A stretch of 36,367 bases of DNA from IMG/VR virus record IMGVR_UViG_3300029521_000003; one strand, written 5' to 3'. Each line of letters opens with the position of its first letter. Within the stretch, counting starts at the first letter, position 1. The DNA comes from a virus. Taxonomy: Duplodnaviria; Heunggongvirae; Uroviricota; Caudoviricetes; Crassvirales. Of this stretch, positions 9,022 to 20,165 are shown one piece after another. Both the position numbers and the translations under genes were made by a program. Under the pieces are notes generated by a model, which worked only from the letters and a program-made list of their open reading frames with translations, was not told the origin of the DNA and did no database searches.

Positions 9022-11223
9022 TTACAAAGTTGTTCCATCCGCATTAACCCAGTTAACACCATTCCATACTATTATTTTACTCAAGGTTTTATCATAAAAT
9101 ATGAATCCATTTTCTGCTGATGTAAGAGTGGGTCTTTGGTTTGTTTCTCCTCTACCAATAGCATTACTATTGACCATACCTAATGCAACCCAAGTACCGG
9201 GGCTTCCCCCCTCTGAACAAATCCATCCACTTGGTGAACCTAATGTGGGATTACCATTCATAGCTAAATCCCCCTTTTCCCAAGTACCTTGTATTGGAGG
9301 TTCAGTTTGTATTATAAGTTTATTCTTTCCAAGTTGTATATAGCTGCCATTGTAGTAAGTTCCTCCCTTTGTAATATCAGTCCAAGTTATCACTTGTCCT
9401 TCTGTTCCATCTGCAATACTATAAGTCATTGAGTTATTAGTAAAAGCTATTTTGAAGCACTTTCCAGTAGATATTGCAATATGATTAGCTGTAGTTACAT
9501 CAGAGTAAGCATTACCTAATATAGTATATTGTCCATTATCAGAATTTATATAATCTGTTACTGTAAAATCTCCAATGGTTTTAACTTGATTTATACCATA
9601 TTTTTTGGACCATATCATTGATTTAGCACTTCCATTAAGTCCACTGGGCTTATCAGGTCTTCCAACATAATTATATTCACCAATAGAAGAATATCCATGA
9701 TAAGTTGTAATCTGAGTACCAATAAAGGAGGCTCCTGCTGTTTTAAATATAGTGCCTATATTAATGACTTGCCCTCCTTGACCTTCAAGTAATTCAACTG
9801 AATTAAATAAGTAACATCCCATTAAAGTTAATGGTTGTGGACCAGTCCATACTATAGACTTAGGAGTATTCTCAGCAGTCATACTTCCTTCATAATGTCT
9901 TGCACCGCTAATTACACTTGCAAAGTTTGCATTAACTGAGTTAATGAATAATCCCGGAGTATCACTCCATGCTCCAAAAATTCTTAGTCCTCCATAATTT
10001 TGGTATATATCACCATCTTTAGGATAATCATCAGAATTACCTCCACTTACATATCCATAGATGTCAAGTTGTCCACCACCAAAGTAAAGATTAGCTCCTA
10101 CATTTGACCCTGATGGGTTTTTACCATTTGAACCAAACCATATTGAAGAACAATTTACAGAAGTATTACCTCCTGATATATTTAAACCTTGGCTCTTATT
10201 TCCTGTAAAAGTACAAGAATCTACATTTATAAAAGCATCATCTGGAGAAACCTCAGTATTCTGTGCTCCTATAACCATACCAATATCACAGTTTTGAAAT
10301 TTACAAAAAGATACTTTCATAAATTTAGCACTGCTATTTTGTGTGTTCTTTTGTGATAATTGTAATCCAATTACTCCAGCTATATTATTTCCATTAAATG
10401 ACAGATTCTCCAACTTTACACCAAAGGTATAATGACCTAACATCATAGCATAATTTGCAGGACCATCCCAAACAAATAAAGATTTAACACCTTCTCTTGA
10501 CCCATATAACAGACTGTCACAATATATGTGTGCATTCCATAATTCTGAAATATCAAGAGTATGTTCTAATCTATAGTATTTATCTGGAGTTGGTATAAAG
10601 ATAGAACCTGACCCTTTATTACTATAATTACTTGAGATGGCATTAATAGCTTGTTGGATGGGTATGCTATCATCAGAAATTCCATCCCCCTTAGCACCAA
10701 ACCATTTAACATTAATACCGCCTGATATATGACCCTCTATTGCAACATCAGTAAATATTGCATAAGAACCATTACTATCAGAATTGATAGTTACATCATC
10801 AAACTTTAAAGTACCATTATAAAATGCACCCCCCTCAAATAGTAATGTACTTCTGGAAGGAATTGTTAATACTCCGTGTTGTAAATCATACACTTTTGTT
10901 ACCTTATATACAATATCCTCTCTATTAAACTTATTCTGAAAATTTGCCTGAATATTTGGATATGTTGAAGGAGAGGTTACAGTTTCAGGAGTAGTAGGAG
11001 TGTTATCAGATACAGTAACACTAAATGGAGCTATATTGCTAAGAGTCATAGCAACTTTAGTTTGTACTTGTGTTCCTACTAATTGAAATGAATCTTCGCC
11101 TATAGCCAAGCTATAATTGTATGGAGAAGTTCCACCATTTACTACTACATCAGCAATCTTAGTATTAGCTGGTATAGTAGTAAATATTGTAGATACCTTA
11201 TTTATTGTTACACTTAGTGCCAT
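9022..11223 (-). CDS. tail spike/fibre with pectate-lyase-like beta-helix (likely start MALSV at 11223)
   Basis: NVKWFGAKGDGISDDSIPIQQAIN motif, Asn/Gly-rich beta-helix repeats, C-terminal G.T..RP...YDKTL..W motif. A promoter element at 11249-11256 argues against the 11271 start. Confidence 0.75.
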   Translation of the reverse strand: MALSVTINKVSTIFTTIPANTKIADVVVNGGTSPYNYSLAIGEDSFQLVGTQVQTKVAMTLSNIAPFSVTVSDNTPTTPETVTSPSTYPNIQANFQNKFNREDIVYKVTKVYDLQHGVLTIPSRSTLLFEGGAFYNGTLKFDDVTINSDSNGSYAIFTDVAIEGHISGGINVKWFGAKGDGISDDSIPIQQAINAISSNYSNKGSGSIFIPTPDKYYRLEHTLDISELWNAHIYCDSLLYGSREGVKSLFVWDGPANYAMMLGHYTFGVKLENLSFNGNNIAGVIGLQLSQKNTQNSSAKFMKVSFCKFQNCDIGMVIGAQNTEVSPDDAFINVDSCTFTGNKSQGLNISGGNTSVNCSSIWFGSNGKNPSGSNVGANLYFGGGQLDIYGYVSGGNSDDYPKDGDIYQNYGGLRIFGAWSDTPGLFINSVNANFASVISGARHYEGSMTAENTPKSIVWTGPQPLTLMGCYLFNSVELLEGQGGQVINIGTIFKTAGASFIGTQITTYHGYSSIGEYNYVGRPDKPSGLNGSAKSMIWSKKYGINQVKTIGDFTVTDYINSDNGQYTILGNAYSDVTTANHIAISTGKCFKIAFTNNSMTYSIADGTEGQVITWTDITKGGTYYNGSYIQLGKNKLIIQTEPPIQGTWEKGDLAMNGNPTLGSPSGWICSEGGSPGTWVALGMVNSNAIGRGETNQRPTLTSAENGFIFYDKTLSKIIVWNGVNWVNADGTTL

Positions 11224-11248
11224 ATTATTTTCTATTTTAAATTTATTG

Positions 11249-11256
11249 CAAATATA
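11249..11256 (-). promoter_or_regulatory. -7 promoter element (TATATTTG)
   Basis: TAnnTTTG about 25 nt upstream of ATG 11223. Confidence 0.5.
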
Positions 11257-11282
11257 AGTAAAAGTTATCATATATACAAGTA

Positions 11283-11318
11283 AAAGTAGTATTTGATTTA
11301 TATATCAAATACTACTTT
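11283..11318. terminator. 15-bp perfect inverted repeat (terminator-like)
   Basis: AAAGTAGTATTTGAT / ATCAAATACTACTTT between two spike genes. Confidence 0.55.
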
Positions 11319-11324
11319 ACTTAA

Positions 11325-13748
11325 TCAGACTATTACTACTCTTGTTGTAAGAGTACCATCTTCATTCATCCAAAGATTATTCTCACTATCATAGATGACC
11401 CACTGCATTAAATCCACATCAAAGTATCTGTATCCTGTAGAAGGATATTCAGGTCTTTGAGCTGTAGTACCTGCTTTTCTATTAGACTTAAACCCATCTC
11501 CATCTACCCATGTGTTATGGTTCCACCATACAGGGTGATTTAATGTACTATCAAAATAAGTCTTACCATTATCATAAGTGAGGTCTTGTAGCACAGGAAG
11601 GTCAGTTGTAGCAAAAGTCTTGACTAAGCTATCCTTAGAAACCATTCCTTCTGTAAAGAAGTGGGATAATGTATAGCTTCCTGTAGTTGGTAAGTCACCT
11701 CCACCATCCAAGTAAACTATATTATTATCATAATCACAGCTTCTTACATAGGCTTGTATTCCATTCAGAATAACCAAATCACCTCCATTGAAGTTGGCAG
11801 AAGCCCCTGCATTAGTCATATTACATACACCATAACCATTCACAGTACATGGTATATTAGTAGCAGGATTAGTTGGATTCAAGAAAGCTCTTGCACTTGA
11901 ATATTGAGTACTATTACCATACCAGTCATAGAATTTCTGATTAGGAAATACTCTTGTATAAGCTCTGTTATTCTGTACTAATGCCTCAAAGTCCAGCTTG
12001 TAATTAGCTAATCTTGGTAATACCTCAGCTAAAGCTACTGAATTGATACCTGTGTGAATTTCTGGGTATAATGAATGTCTGTTTACATTTATATTACCTG
12101 TATATTCAACTCTACCATCAATAGCTACATACAGGTTATTATATGCAAGTTCTCTAAACACACACTTAGTAACAGCTAATCCAGCAATAGTCTTATAGGT
12201 CTTTATACCATAATCACCCCCTCTTATATAGCTGTTTTTAATCTCACAATTAACCAACAGATTGTCAGCAACCTTGTTAAGCTCAATACATTTCTTATTC
12301 TTTGGATTCTCAACATAGCAATTATCAACTATTATGTTGCATATATTATTGATAAGTAGTGTACCCCCATCCCAAGAGAATCCTTGCAGCATTATTCTGG
12401 CTCCTTGATAATCATCAAGCACTGCATCACCAAAGTCAGTATCACCAACAATAACTGAATATTCTCCTGTAGGAGAGCTGTAGTTACCACCAGTAATATT
12501 TATATCATTAGCCATGTAAGCATTGCTATAAATACTCAGGTTCTTAGTGTTGTAATTAGACATACAGTTAAGAATATTAATTGTATATTTCTTGGCAAGA
12601 ATACCTATCTTACAATACTTGACCTTTACATTATCAAGAACTACATAAGGAGCATCTATATCTATACCAGTAATAGTTGAAGTAGTAACCATTCCAGTTC
12701 CCAAATCATTACCTTCTACATATAAATCCTTAATAGTAGTTACAAAAGGAAAGCTCCTTTGATTAATATGTATCAAAGAGTAAGCTGTTTGTACTTCTTT
12801 ATTCTTGATTCTACTGCTATTACCTATAATGTCATTATATACTTCAAGTGTAGAACTAACAACATAAGTCAAATTAGTAGCTAAAATAAGAGGGGCTTTT
12901 AATGCTAAAGCTCTCTTAATTGCAAGTGTATCATCTGTAAGTCCATCCCCTTTAGCTCCAAACCACCCTACTTCAATATTAGCATTAGCTATAGTGCCAG
13001 TTATATCTGCTATTATATTAGGATTTCCAGCTAAGGTAGTGTTATTAAAGTGTAGAGTACCATTACTTATACTGCCTCCTTCAAAGTATAGAGTACTGTT
13101 AGAAGGAATATCTAAAGTAGTTCCATTCAAATCATGGTCATATTGAATTACATAGATAGTAGAACCAGTTGGAAACTGTTCTTTAGATAAAAGGTTTATT
13201 CCATCTACTATATTCTTCCTAACAAAATTCCTTCCAAGACCAGAGAAGTTTTCTGGATTATAGTCTTTGTTCTTAAACTTTAGGTATTCATTAGAACCAA
13301 TTCTAACTCCAGTCAAATCTTCTTCATCTGGTAATATTGAATCTACAACAATGGATTTTATAATATCAACCCATAATGTAAGATTATTCCACTGATTCTT
13401 AGCAGTTCCCCTAAATTGGTATATAACCCATTTACCTTCTTCATTTAAGAAGGTAATTACTTGCCCTGTTTTCCTGCTTTTGTATGGTATCAAAGAAATG
13501 GCTTGAGACAGAGTAATGTAAGACTCTCCATATTTATCTGTAATATTTAGGAAGTCTGATGCTCCTAATAAGAATAATTGCTTTGTCAAGTCATTTAGTA
13601 ACACCTTGACATTATGACCATCTTGAACAAAAGCAATAGTCTCTGTTCCTGTCAGAGGAGTTGCAGCTCCTACAAAGTCAGTATCTTTCTTACTGTTTGC
13701 AAGGAGCCACTTCTCTATCTTTCTATAATCTTCTTGTGTAAAAAACAT
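11325..13748 (-). CDS. tail spike/fibre with beta-helix domain
   Basis: VGWFGAKGDGLTDDTLAIKRAL motif. N-terminal crAss-type fibre attachment region. Confidence 0.75.
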   Translation of the reverse strand: MFFTQEDYRKIEKWLLANSKKDTDFVGAATPLTGTETIAFVQDGHNVKVLLNDLTKQLFLLGASDFLNITDKYGESYITLSQAISLIPYKSRKTGQVITFLNEEGKWVIYQFRGTAKNQWNNLTLWVDIIKSIVVDSILPDEEDLTGVRIGSNEYLKFKNKDYNPENFSGLGRNFVRKNIVDGINLLSKEQFPTGSTIYVIQYDHDLNGTTLDIPSNSTLYFEGGSISNGTLHFNNTTLAGNPNIIADITGTIANANIEVGWFGAKGDGLTDDTLAIKRALALKAPLILATNLTYVVSSTLEVYNDIIGNSSRIKNKEVQTAYSLIHINQRSFPFVTTIKDLYVEGNDLGTGMVTTSTITGIDIDAPYVVLDNVKVKYCKIGILAKKYTINILNCMSNYNTKNLSIYSNAYMANDINITGGNYSSPTGEYSVIVGDTDFGDAVLDDYQGARIMLQGFSWDGGTLLINNICNIIVDNCYVENPKNKKCIELNKVADNLLVNCEIKNSYIRGGDYGIKTYKTIAGLAVTKCVFRELAYNNLYVAIDGRVEYTGNINVNRHSLYPEIHTGINSVALAEVLPRLANYKLDFEALVQNNRAYTRVFPNQKFYDWYGNSTQYSSARAFLNPTNPATNIPCTVNGYGVCNMTNAGASANFNGGDLVILNGIQAYVRSCDYDNNIVYLDGGGDLPTTGSYTLSHFFTEGMVSKDSLVKTFATTDLPVLQDLTYDNGKTYFDSTLNHPVWWNHNTWVDGDGFKSNRKAGTTAQRPEYPSTGYRYFDVDLMQWVIYDSENNLWMNEDGTLTTRVVIV

Positions 13749-13760
13749 AACATGATAATT

Positions 13761-14141
13761 TTAGTCTGGTACCATAATTCCTGCTGTCTTGAGAGACAAT
13801 AGGATAGAATTAATAGCTGAAACCACAGAATCTAACTGAGTCCCTGGAATTAACTGTGGAATGTTTATAAGTTGACAAACTCCTCCTATTGTATCTGGGG
13901 TTGCAGCAGGTAAATTATAAGGTGGAGGTATAGTAGGCTTGTTTGATAAATCATTATAGTTTCCACTTGTTGCTACCTTGGAAAATTCAGGTTTATCTTT
14001 AACATTATCCCACTCTATAGAATCATTCCCTATTGCAGTCCATTCACCATTATTAAAATACTTAGCAGTGCCTTTATTAAGCCATACTGAATTAGTATCA
14101 GGAGCATTAGGACTTATTACTAAAGTTCTTATTGTCTTCAT
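13761..14141 (-). CDS. probable head fibre protein
   Basis: KVATSGNYNDLSNKP and LPAATPDTIGGV motifs. Follows the portal gene. Confidence 0.6.
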   Translation of the reverse strand: MKTIRTLVISPNAPDTNSVWLNKGTAKYFNNGEWTAIGNDSIEWDNVKDKPEFSKVATSGNYNDLSNKPTIPPPYNLPAATPDTIGGVCQLINIPQLIPGTQLDSVVSAINSILLSLKTAGIMVPD

Positions 14142-14146
14142 ATCTT

Positions 14147-16567
14147 TTATTTATTAGTTGTACTACTTTTCTTTCTTAGAGCTTGCCTCTTTATACTTGC
14201 ATCAGTATTGGCTTTCTCCTTTTCAAGTTTTAATTTATCCTTGTCAAGTTGTAACTTAAGGTCAAACTCTCTTATCTTCTCAGCAAGATTAGCTTTAGCT
14301 TCTGGACTATAATCATCAATCATAATTCCATCATCAAAATCTGCCTTTGATTCAGCTTGCATTTGAGCTACTATTATCTTGGTCTGATTATCTCTTATAT
14401 TAGCTTCTTCCTTCTGGAGAAGTTCTGCTTCTTTCTGTTGTTGCTGCATAGCAGCTATTTGCTGTTGAGCTTCAAGTTGTTCCTTTTGAGCCTGTGCCTG
14501 TCTTTCTCTAATCTGCTTTTCATCTTTCTCAATCAGTCTTTGCTTTTCAGCCAAGCTGCTTGATGTATAGAGCTTAGTAATAGTAGAGAATGATAAAGTT
14601 TGAGTCTGTAATGCAGCCTGAGCCAAAGTATCTAACTTTTGTTGAAGCTCTTGGGTTCCATTACTATTATCTACAACTAAACCATAGTCAGCCTCAGCAA
14701 ATTCATCACCATCAATCTCCATTACTCTTGTAGATGTATCTGATAATATATACTGGAATTTCTTGCTTCTACCTTTTAAAGCCACTTTTGCAGTTTCTAA
14801 AAAGCACTCTAAAGCTCTCTTCTTAACATCATCGTGAATAGTAAATAACCACTCAGTAATATGACTTGATTGAAGAGTGGCTCTCTCAACTCCACCTACA
14901 GTTTCTCTTTGAGAAATCTGACCTTCTCTTTGCTTGGATATACCTGCAACCTCAGCCATTTCCATCTTAATAAACTCAAGAAGGTTAATCTGTTGCTGAA
15001 TATAGTTACCTATATTGGTTTCAATCATTCCCTTTCCAGCATTATTAAGAGCACCTGCCAGTTTACCTGTAGAAGCTCCTATAGTACCTTCCTTGAAGCT
15101 ATCTATAACTGCAATATGGTTCACTCTTGCATAATACATCCACTTACCAACATCCCATCCTTTAGGAACTTTAGATAAGTCAAGCTCTAAGATAGAACCC
15201 CAGTTTGAAGCAATAGCTTTATTCAATCTATCATGAATAGCATCATATAAATAGTTATATGGCTTCATCATATCTACCAAACTGAAAGGTCTGCTGTCAT
15301 TTAGATTATAAATTGAACCTACAATACCAAAGTGACATCTTGAAGGATTATTCAACCTGTTATATTGAATCAATCTTGGTCTCATATTGACAAATATTTC
15401 ATTGCCAATCATGGTTCCTTCCCATGCTTCATTAACCCAGAATGATTGTACCTCTTCTCCTGCTTCCTTATTTACTACATAATTCTCAGGATAAAAGTTC
15501 CATTCTTCCTCACCAGTTTCAGGGTCATAAGATTTAATCTTGAGTATCTTTCTTTTAGACTTCCAGTATAATCTGAGTACCCTAAGATTACCTGCCAAGT
15601 CATAAGGAAGCAATGAATTTGCTATACCTTCTGTGAATAGATTAGCTGGGTCAAAGAAATAGGTTCCATCTCTGACAGTTATTTCATCACCAATCATATT
15701 CTGATTGACAAATCCATATCTCTCATCAATATTATCCATCTGGTCAACAGCTCCCTGACCTATATAATCAGGCATAGTTTCAATATACTTTATGTCCTTT
15801 GGAGATAATACATCATAATATGTATCTATTACTCTACCCGGAGACCAATAATCCTCAAGGATTATCATGTCAGCATCTTCCACCTTATTACTGTACCCAG
15901 ACTTGAATATCCTAATCTTCAATGGATTCACTCTCTCAATGACTGGTTCTCCACCTACAATATCACATTGATAGATTTCCTCACCTACAGTCATTGCATC
16001 CATGAAACCATTATTGAATATAAGAGGAATATCATATTCCTTGATATAATGATTAAGCAATTCATTTGCTCTTACCTCTCTTATATCCTGCCATTCATAA
16101 GTATAATAGTCATTTAATTTTTCAAGTTTGATATTATATTCATCCTCAGATATTGAGGTGTCAGTTATCATTTCTTGAAGCCTTTGTAATAGCTCATTCT
16201 TTTTATTATCCTCTATTTCTGAGATAGCATTAGGATTGGTTACTACTACCTTAAAGTCAAATACTCTCTTACTTTCCTCACCTCTAAGTACATTCAACTT
16301 ACTATTCATGATAGGATAATGTTGTAACCTATCAGGAATGTAAGCTGCCTTTATACCATCTGGATTGAGTACCAGTTCTAAGTCTGACATATGTAGCCTA
16401 CCATTAAGTAAGTCATAGTTTATCTTTTTATGGATTACTGACTTCCTAACCAAGCTATAATTGAAGAATGTCTTCTGATTAGCCCACAACAGACAATCCT
16501 TTCTCCATTGCTTAGTCTTCTTAGAGAAAGGAAGCATCTGTCTGGGAAAGTTTAAAAAATCTGCCAT
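14147..16567 (-). CDS. portal protein
   Basis: 806 aa, adjacent to the terminase. AGISKQREGQI..RETVGGVER motif and Q-rich coiled-coil C-terminus. Confidence 0.9.
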   Translation of the reverse strand: MADFLNFPRQMLPFSKKTKQWRKDCLLWANQKTFFNYSLVRKSVIHKKINYDLLNGRLHMSDLELVLNPDGIKAAYIPDRLQHYPIMNSKLNVLRGEESKRVFDFKVVVTNPNAISEIEDNKKNELLQRLQEMITDTSISEDEYNIKLEKLNDYYTYEWQDIREVRANELLNHYIKEYDIPLIFNNGFMDAMTVGEEIYQCDIVGGEPVIERVNPLKIRIFKSGYSNKVEDADMIILEDYWSPGRVIDTYYDVLSPKDIKYIETMPDYIGQGAVDQMDNIDERYGFVNQNMIGDEITVRDGTYFFDPANLFTEGIANSLLPYDLAGNLRVLRLYWKSKRKILKIKSYDPETGEEEWNFYPENYVVNKEAGEEVQSFWVNEAWEGTMIGNEIFVNMRPRLIQYNRLNNPSRCHFGIVGSIYNLNDSRPFSLVDMMKPYNYLYDAIHDRLNKAIASNWGSILELDLSKVPKGWDVGKWMYYARVNHIAVIDSFKEGTIGASTGKLAGALNNAGKGMIETNIGNYIQQQINLLEFIKMEMAEVAGISKQREGQISQRETVGGVERATLQSSHITEWLFTIHDDVKKRALECFLETAKVALKGRSKKFQYILSDTSTRVMEIDGDEFAEADYGLVVDNSNGTQELQQKLDTLAQAALQTQTLSFSTITKLYTSSSLAEKQRLIEKDEKQIRERQAQAQKEQLEAQQQIAAMQQQQKEAELLQKEEANIRDNQTKIIVAQMQAESKADFDDGIMIDDYSPEAKANLAEKIREFDLKLQLDKDKLKLEKEKANTDASIKRQALRKKSSTTNK

Positions 16568-16592
16568 AGTCTTCCATCATTTAATTTTGTGA

Positions 16593-16600
16593 CAAAAGTA
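16593..16600 (-). promoter_or_regulatory. -7 promoter element (TACTTTTG)
   Basis: TAnnTTTG about 25 nt upstream of the portal ATG. Confidence 0.5.
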
Positions 16601-16640
16601 AGTAAAAAAGTCCATTTAGTCAAGTACATAAGTGATTTGT

Positions 16641-18908
16641 TTATCTAATTGCATCTTCTGTACTAAATTTACTGGGTTTCTGGAAAGGCACTTCTACCCC
16701 TCTGTAATTCTCAGTAAAGAACTTATCATTCCCTAAATAATCCTTTGGTACTTCTTCTGAATCTCTTAAAGGGTTTCCTTGATATAGAACCATCTTCTCC
16801 TCTCTATATAGCATAACCATACCTAATGCCCTAATTCTATCCACATTTATCTCTGGGTTAAATGCAATTAACTCTTCAATTAATGCCCTGTTTCTCAAGA
16901 AGTTAAGGTTATATACAGTCACTTCTTGGTCTTCTCCATCAATGTTCTGTATAATAGTAACAGGCTTCATCAACCAGTCTCTTATCAAGTTATTGGCATA
17001 AGCATTGATAGCTGCTGAGGCATTAACACCCTTAGCATTAGAACCAAAGTTACTATACTTAACCAACTGTTTGTCTCTTAAGAATTCTGGAGTATCAGCC
17101 AGTAAATGAGTACAATTCATCTTACTAAAGTAAGCAAAGATACCCTTCTTATTTGATTCATATAGACACTTGGCATTATAGAATAGACACAGTAATCTTA
17201 CTATTTCATAGTTATCATCAGCAAATGATTGCCTACCAGTGTACTCAGCTACAATCTTATCAGTCCATAAGTCAAGAACAAAGGTAGAAGAGAGAGAGGA
17301 AGATTCAGCTTGGTCATTATCTACAGGGTCATGACCAATAATATATCTTGTATGTGGAACCTTTCCACTCCTATCCTTCTCTGGCATTTCAAAGATTTCC
17401 ACAGCACCCGGAGTATCATTCTCTACACCAAACTTTCTGATAGGTACATCACTGGTTGGTGTAAATTCTACTCCATTACTATTCTGTACCAATTTACCAA
17501 CATACACATCATCATAAGCATGTACATCTTGGTCCAATTGACTTAATCTTTCAGTCAAAGCTGTAATAGGAAAGTATGCTGCCTTAACCTTAATAATAGC
17601 TTCTGCTGGTGTAATAGGGTCCTCAGCAATCACTCTAAGAACAGATTTAGGGTCTGAACTATATTTAGACCTATATCTTTGCATTAAAATCTCAATAAGA
17701 GCTTTAACTACATCTGATACACCATCCTTATTATAACACCCTGCTCTATTAACATAAGAGGGAAAGAAGAAACCAAACTTAGGTTTACCCTGCTTAGGTC
17801 TGTCAAACACATTATCTATAGATAGTATATTGTAACCATCAGGATTATAAAGTAAAGTCTTGGCTGAGCTAAAGTCAGACTCACTCTCAGCAGCAGTACC
17901 TACAAGGTACATAGTAGCAAAGGTGTAGTCACCATCCTCTACTGACTTTCTGGTAATATCATAAAGAGACAGCAATCCTTTAAAAGAACCCATTTCCTCA
18001 AATAGAATCCAACCTCTCTTACCTCTTAACTTTTCACTATCATCCTTTGCAGATACAGCAAGTACCTGATTTAGAGAACCTTTCTCTATACCATATTCAT
18101 CCTTATAACCCATCTGCCAAGACATTTCATTAGGAGAATTCTTTAGCATAAGATGTGGGAAAGGAGTATTAGAGAAGCTAAAGTTAATTGAAGGCTTGAA
18201 CTTAGATAAAGTACCATCCTTATCATCTTTCAAATATTCCTTCTGATAAGCTGTAAGTACAGTAATAACTCTTCTCTTAGATTCTTCACTTTCTCCAAGT
18301 ATAAGATTATGGCTCATAATTGCTGCCAAGCTATAAGACTTGGCACAACCTCTCTTTGCCAATTCAATGGCATGTTTACCACTCTCTCTTGCTTGCCACA
18401 GATAATGGAATCTCCAATATATACCTTCAAAGAAGAAAGGAAAAGCCTCTGTTCTAATAGCCTTCTTTCTTCCTTCTATCAGCTTATTAACCATCATAGG
18501 ACAGTAATTCATAAACCAATAGTTAAAGCCTGTAACCCACTCTCCATCAGACTCTCTCACATAGCCTTCATAACATCTTCTTTGCTCTTCATCCCAATGT
18601 CTTCTAAACTCTGAATTAGGATTACTATTGGGCTTCAAGAATGTATAACACCCATGTTTCAAGAAATGCAGAGCTGGTTGTCTGAAATAATCAGCATCCT
18701 CAATGATATGTGGATTAGTAATATCTACTATAATCCTACCCTTTTCATCCCTTGGTAAATCTCTTGCATAGGGTCTGTTGGGAGATATAAGCCTTTTGAT
18801 AAACTCAACTGTTGTGAGTGTCTCAAGTAACTGTTCCTGAACCTCCTGAGGAAGAGTATTCATCAGTTCCTCAGTAAGCTCAGTTTGATATTTATTCATT
18901 GGAATCAT
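16641..18908 (-). CDS. terL: terminase large subunit
   Basis: Walker A-like AKRGCAKS, Walker B ILFEEMG, motif VGTA, nuclease YIIGHDPVD and NVDRIRA. Confidence 0.92.
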   Translation of the reverse strand: MIPMNKYQTELTEELMNTLPQEVQEQLLETLTTVEFIKRLISPNRPYARDLPRDEKGRIIVDITNPHIIEDADYFRQPALHFLKHGCYTFLKPNSNPNSEFRRHWDEEQRRCYEGYVRESDGEWVTGFNYWFMNYCPMMVNKLIEGRKKAIRTEAFPFFFEGIYWRFHYLWQARESGKHAIELAKRGCAKSYSLAAIMSHNLILGESEESKRRVITVLTAYQKEYLKDDKDGTLSKFKPSINFSFSNTPFPHLMLKNSPNEMSWQMGYKDEYGIEKGSLNQVLAVSAKDDSEKLRGKRGWILFEEMGSFKGLLSLYDITRKSVEDGDYTFATMYLVGTAAESESDFSSAKTLLYNPDGYNILSIDNVFDRPKQGKPKFGFFFPSYVNRAGCYNKDGVSDVVKALIEILMQRYRSKYSSDPKSVLRVIAEDPITPAEAIIKVKAAYFPITALTERLSQLDQDVHAYDDVYVGKLVQNSNGVEFTPTSDVPIRKFGVENDTPGAVEIFEMPEKDRSGKVPHTRYIIGHDPVDNDQAESSSLSSTFVLDLWTDKIVAEYTGRQSFADDNYEIVRLLCLFYNAKCLYESNKKGIFAYFSKMNCTHLLADTPEFLRDKQLVKYSNFGSNAKGVNASAAINAYANNLIRDWLMKPVTIIQNIDGEDQEVTVYNLNFLRNRALIEELIAFNPEINVDRIRALGMVMLYREEKMVLYQGNPLRDSEEVPKDYLGNDKFFTENYRGVEVPFQKPSKFSTEDAIR

Positions 18909-19206
18909 AGCACAACTCCTTAAATTTTTCTGTATTAATATACTCCAGAAGAGATTTGGTAATAGCAGTGGTTAGTTCAGATATGACTTTATTCTCTTCT
19001 GCATCAGTAACAATTCTACCAGAATATTCAGCACCAAATGCAGGTATTCTCTCCTTCTTACTTACAAACCAAATCTGTATTCTATAAGTCTTTTGTGACT
19101 TAACTACAGGATTAGTATCTATTATCTTATGTAATACAAAGTATCCTTTTCTTCTATTAGAAAAGGATTCATAATACTGATTTAATCCTTCAATTATATT
19201 TGTCAT
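18892..19206 (-). CDS. hypothetical protein
   Basis: 104 aa, overlaps neighbouring genes in the operon. Confidence 0.6.
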   Translation of the reverse strand: MTNIIEGLNQYYESFSNRRKGYFVLHKIIDTNPVVKSQKTYRIQIWFVSKKERIPAFGAEYSGRIVTDAEENKVISELTTAITKSLLEYINTEKFKELCYDSNE

Positions 19207-19730
19207 AGGTCTTCATATATTGCTTTTTCCTGTGCTCCTCTTACCTTATCATTCTGTGCAAGTTCCTTAGCAATAGCTCTTTCAGCTTCATCCAAGTCCT
19301 TAACCATTGATGGTATAAGTTTGATAATAGCACCTAATTCTTTAGTCTCTTTAATATCAAGTTCTTCCAAGTCCATAGACCTTAATTTAAGTCTATACTT
19401 ATCCACAAGAGTTCTTGTGTCCTCAAGTAACAGCTCAGAAGTAGTCTTGAAACTTGCATACAATGCTTGAGCTTCTTTCACAGTAGTATCAGGTTCCCAT
19501 GATGGTTTCATACCTTCACCCTGCTTAATAGCTTCTTTTCTCTCTCCTTCATCAATTATATACTTGTAATCACTTCTGGAGTCCTCCATAAAGTAACAAT
19601 ATCCAAGCTCTGTAATTGCTCTCTCCTTTGAGAGAGATTTATCTCTATTCCATATCTGTCTGAATGCTTTTAAAGCATAAGCCTCATCAGATATGACCAG
19701 ATTATAACCATCTCTTTTAAATAATCTCAT
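19203..19730 (-). CDS. conserved crAss-like helical protein (candidate small terminase)
   Basis: 175 aa, located upstream of terL. Function is inferred from position only. Confidence 0.45.
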   Translation of the reverse strand: MRLFKRDGYNLVISDEAYALKAFRQIWNRDKSLSKERAITELGYCYFMEDSRSDYKYIIDEGERKEAIKQGEGMKPSWEPDTTVKEAQALYASFKTTSELLLEDTRTLVDKYRLKLRSMDLEELDIKETKELGAIIKLIPSMVKDLDEAERAIAKELAQNDKVRGAQEKAIYEDL

Positions 19731-19763
19731 ACTGCTTAAAACTAAAAAAGCCCATAGAATTAA

Positions 19764-20165
19764 CTACAGGCTTTTGTTTAAATATCTTAATAAACTCTCT
19801 ATTCTGTTAGGATTATCTTTAAGTAATCCTAAAGCTAAATTACACTCTCTACATAGAACCCCTCTAATCTGATTATCAGAATGCCTATGGTCAATACATA
19901 AGTTTTCAGAAGAGCCACAAACTTCACAAACTTTTAATAATTTTATAGCCTCATTAGCTTCTATATTATATTTATAGACTCTCTTACCTTTGTTTACTCT
20001 ACTTGTAATTTTCATACAGTCTTTGCAATAACTGTAGTAATACTTTATAGGTTCTCCTTTCTTATTAAGTCTATTATATCTTATATTTATATAAAAATTA
20101 TCAACAGGAAGTAATCTATTACACCTTTTACAGGTTTTAAAGGTTTGCTCCTCAAATTTACTCAT
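19764..20165 (-). CDS. endonuclease VII-like HNH homing endonuclease
   Basis: CxxC pairs and CEVCG...LCIDHRH...IRGVLCRECNLALG motif. Confidence 0.85.
   Translation of the reverse strand: MSKFEEQTFKTCKRCNRLLPVDNFYINIRYNRLNKKGEPIKYYYSYCKDCMKITSRVNKGKRVYKYNIEANEAIKLLKVCEVCGSSENLCIDHRHSDNQIRGVLCRECNLALGLLKDNPNRIESLLRYLNKSL

Noticed and set aside
14147..18908. Introns or inteins in portal/terminase
   Set aside because: Both ORFs are continuous, of ordinary size, and show no intein motifs.
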